Assembly (NCBI GenBank): GCA_036785375.1
Contig: JAWMAR010000836.1
Coordinates: 186,001-250,000 of the forward strand
Origin: Leucoraja ocellata
Lineage: Eukaryota
DNA: 64,000 nt
Reading direction: 5' to 3'
The notes beneath the pieces are model-generated. The model had not been told where the DNA came from. It did no database searches and saw only the letters and a list, made by a program, of their open reading frames with translations. Shown one piece after another: positions 1-11,236 of the stretch (the first letter of the stretch is position 1; each line of letters starts with the position of its first letter). The position numbers and the translations under genes were made by a program.

Positions 1-1084
1 TAAGCTGATGCTTTGAGGATTTTATGGTTTGCGGTCCTAGGTCACAGGGCAGTAAAATCAGGACAAAGGATGAAGTCAAACGGCAGCTGGTAGAAGATAA
101 ATTGAAGGAAGGCCATGGGAATAAAAGGTCCCTGTGCTTCGTCCTTTCCCCCTCCCCCTCCCCCTCCCCAATAAAATAACATCGCTGGTGAGTTTCAATT
201 AGTGAAACACAATTCAAAATCTCATCCTCTCATTGCAGCGCACAGCTCACGGGTATTGAAAACTGGCAAAATGTTTGTGTGAGATGAAATTTGAGGCATA
301 AAGAAATTTCTTATTGTATAAGAAATACACAAGTGCTAATTTATCAGTAGATCATTTTCCAGTCCGAATGCATCAAGTATCTGATTAAAGTTGCATCATA
401 TATATATATGTGTCATTTACTGAAATTGTTTTGCACCGTGATTTGTAGTTGCCCATAAAATCTGGAATAAATGTCAGTGCCAAATAAATTTGCAGGCCTC
501 GCTCCACAGCTCATGGCTAACTTTGATGACCCCTGGCAACCAGCAGTGGGATTGTGATGCATAATTAACCAAGCCCACCATTTGCAGATGCTATGCATTT
601 CATCAATGTGCTGTTATCAACATTGTAGCGTCTATGTCAGCCGCAGGAGTAGAGTGTTACACTTGCGTTAAAGCTGCCCTATGCTGAACCCACCCCACCT
701 CCTTAAAGGAGAGGTACACTGTGGTTGGAACAGCAGTAAGGCTAGAAGTCAAATTGATGTAACGAGCAGTAAGGAATCTGATGATGTTGGGAATAAGTGG
801 GGTGGGGGGTTGTCAAGGATTTCAGATCTTGCACGAGGGGATGTGGAGGAAGAGATGGAAAGTACAAGAGGGATTTCTGTATCTTCAAGCACTTGGGCGC
901 ATGCTGTGAAGGTGGTGTGAATAGTGAGCCCATTTAAACTGTTCTTTTCTTTGTGACCTCCACAAGATTGATTGCTAAAATTCCTGCTGCGTCATTTTCT
1001 ATTTTTAAGCGGAGCTGAGTGCCCAACCATTTCAATACACATCCTTTACTATAGTAGATTTCGGGCAGGATTTTCCCAGGCTGA

Positions 1085-1945
1085 GCCTGGGGGGCTGTCC
1101 CGAGGGATGCGCTCCTTCGGCAGCTTACTTGGGTTCAGAGCAAAGATACTAGAGCATTTGGTTCAGAGCGCTCAGTCACCCTCCACAATTATTTACAACA
1201 CAGAACTTGAGATAATTTCACCGGTTTTTAACAGTTAACATAGTACCTGTTCTTACCTGTTTAAAAACCGCCAAAATGGTCAATTTTTGCGCTGTAAATA
1301 ATTGTGGAAATCGGGGTAACGGTAATAGGATAATGAGAGACATTTATCCTACTTCAGAATTCCAAAAGTGAGGAGAAATTATGGCAGAGAGAAGCGACAG
1401 GTAAAGGGACAACGACAGCTAAAGTGGTTGATGAACATTGGCCGTGCAGGTATCAAGATTGAAAATATTGGGAATTTTCGCGCTTGCTCGCTCCATTTCA
1501 TCAACGGTAAGGCATTATTTGTGTTTTTTCTTGGTTCATTTGGTATCTAAAAATGTAAAAACCCACCTGAGAACCATCGGCGATTTTAAAATTTTACAAC
1601 CGGATTTATCACTTCCTGAAACTTTTTAGATACCAAAGGAATCAAGAAAAAACACAAAAGTAAATGCCTGGCTGTTAATGAAATGCAGTGAGCAAAAGCG
1701 ATCATTCCCATTTTCAATCTCGATATCTGCACGGCCAATGTTCGCCAGCCACTTTAGCTGTTGTCCCTTCAGCTCTCGCTTCTCTCTACCATAATTTCTT
1801 CTCACTTTTGGAATTCTGAAGTAGGATAAATGTCTCTCACAGTTACCCTGATTTCCACAATTATTTACAGCGCAAATTGACCATTTGGGCGTTTTTTTAA
1901 CATGTAAGAAAGTACTTGTTTCGTGTATTAACAGTGTATGCGGTA
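1085..1945. mobile_element. Foldback / DNA-transposon-derived repeat
   Basis: ~1245-1556 is the reverse complement of ~1621-1915; 1090-1235 and 1860-1943 match 57005-57188 in reverse. Confidence 0.75.
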
Positions 1946-2154
1946 GGCTGCCATGTCCTCCACATGCATTGAGCTGCTCTGTATGTCACGCCCTTTGACC
2001 CGATGACCTTGCCTGCAACCCCCCTATAGCTGTTTTTAAAATAGATTTTAAAATTTGGACTACCGTGTCAACTAACATATTGCATATGGGAGGTACACAA
2101 AAATGCTGGAGAAACTCAGCGGGTGCAGCAGCATCTATGGAGCGAAGGAAATGG

Positions 2155-2188
2155 GCGACGTTTCGGGCCGAAACCCTTCTTCAGACTG
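2155..2188 (-). ncRNA. Minimal hammerhead-ribozyme-like motif in a short Penelope-derived insertion (2092-2186)
   Basis: Minus strand CTGAAGA-A-GGGT-TTCG-GCCC-GAAAC-GTC; TSD TGCATATGGGA; related copies at ~22495-22528 and ~59205-59238. Confidence 0.6.
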
Positions 2189-4374
2189 CATATGGGACTC
2201 GCTTCGATGAGGCAACTTGGTTGGCATGGGTGAATTGGGCCAAAGGACGAGTTCCATGCTGTATGACTATTTACTAAATGTTGTACCACTCAAGCATGGA
2301 TACATTTGAATACTTTTTTTCTTGTATTCCTTCTTCAGATCTCCTGTACAAATAATCGGCACACATTCTCGGAGGTAATTGGTTGCCTGACTGCGAGCTT
2401 CTACCTGCGTGGCACACCGCATCCTCTAGGAGGTACATAGATGTTGCTTGGAATTGTTCTACCCTAGATTGTTATTTTTTTTTCATTATGGGAACATCTA
2501 GCTCTCATTCTGTGTTTCCCCCAGATAAACCGGGGATAAATCAGACAACTGGGTGATCAACATGTGAGAAATTCCTATTGCTTTTGATGCCATGCTCACT
2601 TAAATCTCTCAGCCCAACCCTCTATTCTTTTCAACGTGTGTCTGCCCAGCTTCCCCATGGATCTGTACTACTATTTCTCTCACTTTCTGTGGAAGCAAGT
2701 TTGAAAAGTGGTGTGAATACAAATAAAGAAGTTTCCTCTGAATTTCCAATGGGATTTCTTGATGACGTAGATTTTAATGATGTCCTTCCCTGCAACTGGC
2801 ATCTGTTTATTCAAAATCCACATTAAAAATTAGATTATCCAACTGTGTTTTATTGGAGGAGAAATGAGACCCAGTTGTATTTACTTGCTTGATCTATATA
2901 TACCCTCGCGTTGTGGTATTGTTCCAAATGTTCTCTTTGCCACTTTCCATATCCTCTTCATGGAATGCAGACCCAAGATAATCATAGTCATTGAGCTGTA
3001 CCTGCACGGAAACTTGTCCATGCTAACTAAATTGGCATGCTGAGCTAGTCCGACTTCATAGTCGTACAGCACGGAACAGGCCCATCTAATCCCTTAACTT
3101 TGTGTCAGTCCCAGTCAATATTAAGGAATAATATCAAGTTTAACCTGAACTTAACCATTGAATCCTTTTGGGTCACTTCTGGTAGATCAGTTTGATTAAA
3201 ATTTAAAAGGATTTAGCCTTTTGCCCATGCTTGTATTATTTTGAACATATCGTTATTCAGTTTTGACTGTTTGAATGCAGAATGGGTTATTCAGCAGTTG
3301 AAACAGAACGAAAAAGGGTCTCGGCCCAAAACGTCACCCATTCCTTCTCTCCAGATATGTTGCCTGACCCTCTGAGTTACTCCAGCATTTTACGTCTTCC
3401 GTTGAAACTGAACGCTTGATTACAAACATCACTAGCTATAGGTTTACAACAAAGACCTTTATTTAATCTTATTATTAACCTGTGATTGCTTTGTACTAAG
3501 TTAAATGTTCATGTTTCCGAAACCAAAAAATTCTGCTAACTCTAAAAATGCTTGACAGCACCTAACTACATGGATAAAATATTTACATAAATTATTCGAA
3601 TGACCCCCCCCCCCCCCCCCCCCGAGTTTAACTAGTCGCTTGATAAAATGTTTAGCGTGGACTCACTAAATTAGCATAACTTTTTTTATCTCCAGTCTTT
3701 ATCCACCCATCTGTCGAACCAACCCCCCCACCCCCCCCCGAAGTATTCACCTATCACTTGCCAGGCTTTGTCTTGCCCCAACCTCCTTTCCAACTTTCTC
3801 CCCCCCCCCCCCCCCCACCCACCCCACAATTAGTCTGAAGAAGTGTCCCGCCCAAAAGGTCACCTATCTGTGTCCAGCAGAAATACTGCCTGACCCACTG
3901 AGTTACTCCAGCATCTTTTTGTAAAGCAGAGTTACTGTTGAAATTGTCAAGTTGTACTCGTGTTTAGAATGGCAGCCAGGTTGAACGCAGTGAAGAATTT
4001 GAAGCCATTTTGTCAGGGTGGTTAATGTTAAATGTGCAGCTGGTTTGTGCAGCTATTCTGACAATGAAAAATGTATTTCAAGTGTCCACATGTCCTGTCA
4101 AACTGACAGTCGGAATGCCATTGGAAAGGTTCAATATTTCATACGACCGATCCTGTTTCATCTCGTGCTTAGAATCTATTGTAAAGTGGCTGTAATTTGA
4201 TCAGCCTTGAGAGTGCCCGGAGAAAAGTCTCGTTTTTAAAGACAGTGATCTTGTAACTGGTGCAGTAAAACGTCCAGGATCACCAGTTAATTCATTTTTA
4301 AATTAAGAAATACAGAAAAGCTTTAACATTAACAACTTAAATATAACATTTGCAGAATAAAGGTTGATAAGACA

Positions 4375-4944
4375 AAACTATTTGAACTCTGCAGTGAAAC
4401 CTGAAGGTTAATGAAGGTCATTTGGTGAATGACAGGGTTAACTTTCAGAACTGAACTCAAACATGCTCACCCTTCTGATGGAGCAGTGAGCTCTGACAAT
4501 AACCAAGCGTTCAAAGTTCAACTGCTGAATAACTCATTCTGCGGACTCTATCTGAGATACTTTGTTGGATAAGCTTGCAGGATTCACGCTAGTAACACTG
4601 TGTAAGGTATTTGCACTATCCTGTCACATTTCTAGATTAGTTACTTCTATAGGTGCAAATAAATTGTTACAGCATCTCAAATCTCATTAAATTATCTGGA
4701 TTGGGGAGTAACGTTCTTGTATGGCTGCAGGGACTAGCTAAATCCTCAGGCCCTATTTTCTCCAGGTTTCTCAGTTTCCCATGTCATTGAATCCTTGTGC
4801 TCTCAAATATGTTTGAACGGAGCTAGTTGTTCCCACACTAGGAGAACAGGAATGTAACTGGAGTTAAGTTCTGAAGGTTAACCCTGTCATTCACCAAGTG
4901 ACCTTCGTTAACCTTCAGGTTTCACTGCAGAGTTCAAATAGTTT
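4375..4944. mobile_element. MITE-like element with ~84-bp inverted arms
   Basis: 4375-4458 is a near-perfect reverse complement of 4861-4944; no clear TSD. Confidence 0.65.
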
Positions 4945-6955
4945 CAGAAATGCAAAGCAGAAAGTTGCAGATGCTGGAAATGTGACCAAGATGTGAAAAA
5001 TGCTGGAGATACTTAGCCTATCCGATACTTGGTCAGGAACATGGGTAGGAAGAGTTTGGATGGGTATAGGTCTGGCACAGGCAAGTGGGACTAGCTCTGT
5101 TAGACTACGTGGTTTGTGCTTCTAACGCTATGATTCTGTCACTGTTCAGAAAGGTTGGGTTCTGCTTTGATAGTCAAAGCAGTTTTGTCGGGGAAGTGAT
5201 AACCTATCCTAATTTTAACTTCCGTTAGCTTTTTTCCAAATCAATGTACTTTACTCCTTTGTTGTTTAGCACGTCCCACTTGCGCTAGGTTTCGATCCTG
5301 AGCAAATCTCCTTGGAGCACTCTGTAATAATTGATAATAACTCCACTCTTCAGCACAAGGATATTTTTATTTGATGTATGAATTATTGAGTGCTAGTGTT
5401 ATTAAATCTGTGTATAGATCTATATATAGATCTTGACATGAGGGCGTAGTGAATAGTGGCTTGTGTGCGGCTTTTCAGATGGTTGGTATATTCCTTCAAT
5501 TTGGGTAGAGCTGCTGCCTTACAGAGCCAGAGATGCAGTTCGGTCCTGACTACAGGTGCTTGTCTGTACAGTGTTTGTACATTCTCACTGTGACTACGTG
5601 GGATTCCTTCCACATTCAATAGACAATAGGTGCAGGAGTAGACCATTCGGCCCTTCGAGCCACCACCGCCATTCAATGTGATCATGGCTGATCATTCCCA
5701 GTCAGTACCCAAAGTTCCAAAGATGTGCAGGTTTGTAGGTTAATTGTCTTCTGTAAACTGACCGTAGTGTGTTGGATCGAACTATTATATGGGCGACTGT
5801 TGGTCAGTGCTGACTTGATGGAACGAAGGGCCTATTGCCATGCTATAATCTATAAACTGATCTAATTGCAGATAACTTGCTTGTTAATGCTATTCCGAAA
5901 GTTGGCTGCAATGGCTGCTGGGCATCTGTAACAATCGAACGCCTGCACTTTATAACAAGTTATCACTAACTATAAATAGGGTCTGGATGCAACCCAATAT
6001 AGATCTGACCCCTTGCTGTTGTGGATGGCAATTCCATCTCTGGCACTCCAGAGCATGGTGACAGAATCACTCAACAGAGCATATTGCAGTGCCAAGATAA
6101 TTGGATTGCTGCGCAAAGTAGTACAACGCTAGAATTTAGAAGATTGAGGGGGGATCTTATAGAAACGTACAAAATTCTTAAGGGGTTGGACAGGCTAGAT
6201 GCAGGAAGATTGTTCCCGATGTTGGGGAAGTCCAGGACAAGGGGTCACAATTTAAGGATAAAGGTTCCCCTTTATCCTTAAATCCTTTAGGACCGAAATG
6301 AGAAACATTTTTCACACAGTGGTGAATCTCTGGAACTCCCTTCTACAGAAGGTATTTGAGGTCAGTTCATTGGCTATATTTAAGAGGGAGTTGGATGTGG
6401 CCCTTGTGGCTAAAGGGATCAGGGGGTTTGGAGAGAGGGCAGGTACAGGATACTGAGTTGGATGATCAACCATGAATCGCGGTGCAGGCTCGAAGGACTG
6501 AATGGCCTACTCCTGCACTGTTATGCGCTCCCTCTGCTAGTGTTATAGGGTACTCACCTTTCTCTGTTTCTCTGTTAGGCGCTTCCCCTCCTGGTGAATG
6601 CTATGTACTTACCTTTCTCTGTTTCTCTCCCGAGTACAGGCCTCGTGGCTGTGAGTCTGGAATCAAGGGGTCAAAGGCTCCTGTACCCGATTGGCCAAGC
6701 TGCGTCAGGTGACGGGTGACTCATCTGAAGCTTAAATACCAGAGTTTCCCAGGATTCTCTCTCTTCTTCGTCGACCCTGACTTGTGAGCAGCCTGCTGGT
6801 GTGAGCTGAGGAAGGCCTGGCCACATGGCATAGAACTTTGTGTACATTCACCATTACTTGTTAACAAATATTGAATTGGGACGGATAAGGGCTGATCTTG
6901 GTGTTTTCGGGTATTTTGTTTCAGGGTTATATCTCTTTAGGCATGTTTTAGAGGT

Positions 6956-7020
6956 TCTAGGGGTATGATTCTCGCTTGGGGTGCGAGAGGTCCCGGGTTC
7001 AAATCCCGGACGAGCCCCCG
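6956..7020 (+). pseudogene. 5'-truncated tRNA-Pro copy with anticodon GGG and CCA-like tail (CCG)
   Basis: Matches vertebrate tRNA-Pro from position 11 (TCTAGGGGTATGATTCTCGC...GGACGAGCCC); 5' acceptor strand GGCTCGTTGG absent; anticodon 6978-80. Confidence 0.9.
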
Positions 7021-7023
7021 TTT

Positions 7024-7534
7024 TGTTACGACTCCCGAATGCAGGTACTTCAGAGCCGCGTAACATAATTCAAAAACCAGGTTCAAGTTCAAAAATAGTT
7101 TTAATTATTCAATGGAACACAAAACCCAAACCTGATTTAAACAACCCAGTCAGGGATATGGATGGACTAACAAACAATTAAACAGTGCTCCAGCCAGCCA
7201 CGTAATGGACTGTCGAACCAGTGACACCCAATTATAGTGTCAGCCCTTATCTGTCCCAATTCAATATTTGTTAACAAGTAATGGTGAAAATACACAAAGT
7301 TCTATGCCATGTGGCCAGGCCTTCTGCAGCTCACACCAGCAGGCTGCTCACAAGTCAGGGTCGACGAAGAAGAGAGAGAATCCTGGGAGACTCTGGTATT
7401 TAAGCTTCAGATGAGTCACATGATGCAGCTTGGCCAATCGGGTACAGGAGCCTTTAACCCCGTGAAGGCCTGGACTCGGGAGAAAACAGGAACAGGTGAG
7501 TACCCTATAACACCAGCAGAGGGAGCGCATAACA
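7024..7534 (-). mobile_element. Complete LTR (511 bp) followed by a tRNA-Pro PBS
   Basis: Minus strand TGTTA...GTCGTAACA-AAA-CGGGGGCTCGTCCGGGAT (the canonical Pro PBS is TGGGGGCTCGTCCGGGAT); TATA-like CTTAAATA and ATTAAA inside. Confidence 0.75.
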
Positions 7535-8581
7535 TGCAGCTATTTTCTATGTTTCTAACTCTATTTTTCCCATGGGACATGAAACTTGTAACTGTAGGGA
7601 CAGGAACAGGCCCTTCAGCCCACAATGTCTGTGCCAAACACGACGCAAGTGACAAACTATATTGTGGTTATCTTCATTGAACAATGTAGCCAACGTTATC
7701 CCCTTTTAAGCCAAGGTGAGATGCAGTCTGCTCCACCATTAAATGGACTCCAAGATGTGCTGGCCTGAGACGTGAATGATGTGTAGCGGCATGCCATTCC
7801 AATGCTTATAAAGTTCTTAACCAAATATCATGCCTCTTGCATCATTTAAAATCTCCTGTGATCAGCATGGCGAGTTGGACCAAAGGGCCTGTTTTTATAC
7901 TGTACAAATCCAGTGTTTACATATTCTCCCAACAGAAAAATCAAGATATGAACATTCATTATTTTCCGCTTTTTAGAGGTTAAACAATGAGATGAACAAA
8001 TTTTACTCTTATGCTTGGCTACAAAATCCAAATTCTTAACTTGTTTTCAGTTTTCCAATCCAAAAAATATCTAATCAATTTTGTTCAGCAGTATTTTACT
8101 CTAATAAATTACTGATCTATTTTAACCATGCTTGTAATTTTTGTTTTTGCAAAAAAATGGTCACTGCAGTCTTGTTTCCACGACCTGTCATCCCCAATTA
8201 TCATAGCTTGCCCACAATGATAGACAACTTGTGCAACTCTGTGCAAAAATAATTATCTATTGTCGTCAGAAGTACTCTGCAAAATTGGACGTGGACTTTA
8301 TACACATTTGTTCGATGTATATTTTTCCTGAAAGCGAACTGATGAGTTATGGCCTCTCTCGGTAGACAATTCAAACAATTTGTAAATTAGAATGTCAGTC
8401 ATACAGCACACAAACAGGCCCTTCGGCCCATCTCATCCCTGTCAACCGTCTAGGTTAGTCCCATTTACCTGTACCCAGCCCAATGTCCCCAAACTTTTTC
8501 GATCCATGTACCTGTCCTCTTAATGAATTTTAAATTGTGGGGTAGGTTGATTTCCATGACCAAACTTGGAAAGGAGTTCAC

Positions 8582-9570
8582 AATTAACCATATAACAATT
8601 ACAGCACGGAAACAGGCCACCTCGGCCCTACAAGTCCATGCCGAACAACTTTTTTCCCCTTAGTCCCACCTGCCTGCACTCATACCATAACCCTCCATTC
8701 CCTTCTCATCCATATGCCTATCCAATTTATTTTTAAATGATACCAATGAACCTGCCTCCACCACTTCCACTGGAAGCTCATTCAACACCGCTACCACTCT
8801 CTGAGTAAAGAAGTTCCCCCTCATATTACCCCTAAACTTCTGTCCCTTAATTCTGAAGTCATGTCCTCTTGTTTGAATCTTCCCTATTCTCAAAGGGAAA
8901 AGCTTGTCCACATCAACTCTGTCTATCCCTCTCATAATTTTAAAGACCTCTATCAAGTCCCCACTTAACCTTCTGCGCTCCAGAGAATAAAGACCTAACT
9001 TATTCAACCTATCTCTGTAACTTAGTTGTTGAAACCCAGGCAACATTCTAGTAAATCTCCTCTGTACTCTCTCTATTTTGTTGACATCCTTCCTATAATT
9101 GGGCGACCAAAATTTTACACCATACTCCAGATTTGGTCTCACCAATGCCTTGTACAATTTTAACATTACATCCCAGCTTCTATACTCAATGCTCTGATTT
9201 ATAAAGGCTAGCATACCAAAAGCTTTCTTTACCACCCTATCTATATGAGATTCCACCTTCAAGGAACTATGCACGGTTATTCCCAGATCCCTCTGTTCAA
9301 CTGTATTCTTCAATTCCCTACCATTTACCATATTTGTCCTGCCATGGTATAGCATCTCACATTTATCAGCATTAAACTCCATCTGCCATCTTTCAGCCCA
9401 TTTTTCCAAATGGCCTAAATCACTCTAGACTTTGGAAATCCTCTTCATTATCCGCAACACCCCCTATCTTGGTATCATCTGCATACTTACTAATCCAATT
9501 TACCACACCTTCATCCAGATCATTGATGTACATGACAAACAACAAAGGACCCAACACAGATCCCCGAGGC
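8582..9570 (-). mobile_element. CR1 LINE, 5'-truncated, young
   Basis: 249-aa RT C-terminal ORF (WAERWQMEFNADKC...RPNLEYG); nearly identical to 51790-52800. Confidence 0.93.
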
Positions 9571-11013
9571 AAAGCTAAACTTAATTTAAGTTAAAGCTAA
9601 ACTTAATTAAAGCTAAACTTAATTTGTACAGGAGAGCAGCCCCAGTCACTGTCTTTCAGCTGACCCAGACACCGACATAAAAAAATCACGTGAAAAAGCC
9701 GTGTTCCGCTTTGTATTCTCAGCATGAAGCCCGGCCACAGGGTGAAGCATCTTCATCTCTTCTCGGGCTCTAGATGAGTTTTTGCAACACATAGCAAATG
9801 CAGTACTTTTGAATAATATAGCAAAAATATATAATGATTAGTTAGTCCACTGGCAATAGGGGATATGGACGGACATAGTCCTAAAGCAGGGAATTGGAAA
9901 TAGCTGGCGTAACTCAGCGGGACAGGCAGCACCTCTCGAGAGAAGGAATTAGTGACTTTTCAGGGACGAGACCCTTCTTCAATTGGAAGGACTGTTTGCA
10001 TACAGTTAGTAGAGCATTGAAAACATTAGCAAAAAAAAAACTCCAGGTTAAATGAATCACAACTTTGATGGAGGGAGTATACTTGGACATGGATACGCAA
10101 TGCAATTCTAATGTAGTTTGAAGTGAGCATTTGCTGCCATTAAATTTTAATTATAAATATTTGTGTGCACATTTTTTGTACATTGAAACACCGACATGAT
10201 AATTGTACTCTAGGAAATTTTTATTAAGGCAAGGATACACAGATCCAAAATATGTTTGTATATTTCTGGAGTAGGAGGAAGTACACTTGTATATGCCTCC
10301 CCCTTCTCCGCTACTCATCAATTAAGTCACAAACTTGATCTCATCTGCATAAATATATACACATATACACAAATGTATACATACATATATCCATACACAA
10401 GCCACATGCATACATACATACATATATGCATGCACACAAACATACATATAAGTTTTTAAACAATTATCCAAATTCTATGTACAACGCGAATATCACGCTG
10501 TCAATAAACTAAAACGTAACCGTCGTCACAGCCCTTACTCATTTTTATACCTCTGGAAAATAATTTTTTTGCGCTTCTTAAACTGACTAATGTTTGTGCT
10601 TTGCTTGAGTTCTACATCCAAATCATTTAATTGATTGAATATAGCGAATGTTTGGGGTGATCTTCCACTCAACTGGTGAGAGAGAAGCAAACTCCTAGCG
10701 AAGTGACGTTTCTCCAGGCGGTGTCCTGGACTTTTCTGTTCTGAGCAGGAGAGTGCATGTAATTTCTATGTGGCTTAGAGCACTAATTTAAATGTTAAAT
10801 TATGTCTGAACGAAAAAGCAATTCAGTACCCGAGTTCTTGCCCCAGCACATTAATAACAGGAATATTTCTCAAATATCTATCACTGCTTATCTTAATCCT
10901 TTCTATTTTGGCATAGTTCACTTTGAACCCATTGTACAATAATTGCCGTGTGATTTAATGAATTATCAATGTTTTCAGCGATTTATTTAACTCTGCAGGT
11001 TTTGTCCTGAACC

Positions 11014-11236
11014 ATGGGTGTGGTAGTAGCAGATGGTAAAGGCCCAAGAGCGGAAATCCCCGATGGTGGCTGGGGCTGGGCTGTTCTCATTGGCTGCTTC
11101 GTCATCACCGGATTCTCTTACGCTTTTCCGAAAGCCGTCAGCGTTTACTTCAAGGAACTAATCAAGGAGTTCCATATTGGGTACAGTGATACAGCATGGA
11201 TCTCATCCATTGTGCTCGCCATGTTGTACGGAACAG
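11014..11236 (+). CDS. slc16a3: Monocarboxylate transporter 4, coding exon 1
   Basis: Acceptor ctctgcAG at 10997-8, Kozak accATGg, MCT signature [27 protein letters not shown], donor GTcagt at 11237; 223 nt, phase 1. Confidence 0.96.

Larger units (their letters stand above)
6519..7534. mobile_element. Inverted LTR / tRNA-Pro / LTR insertion
   Basis: TGTTATGCGC...GCGCATAACA termini; arms 6519-6895 and 7240-7534 are inverted homologues; TSD TGCAC/TGCAG; interrupts a CR1 3' tail. Confidence 0.85.
6126..7557 (+). mobile_element. CR1 3' fragment hosting the LTR/tRNA insertion
   Basis: LEFRRLRGDLIETYKIL; tail aatggcctactcctgcac|...|ctattttctatgtttcta. Confidence 0.85.

Noticed and set aside
6946-7020. 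Functional tRNA-Pro gene
   Set aside because: The first 10 nt (acceptor 5' strand and part of the A-box) are missing; it cannot form a cloverleaf
9684-9693. CACGTG as the hypoxia response element of MCT4
   Set aside because: A single hexamer with unknown TSS; cannot be distinguished from chance
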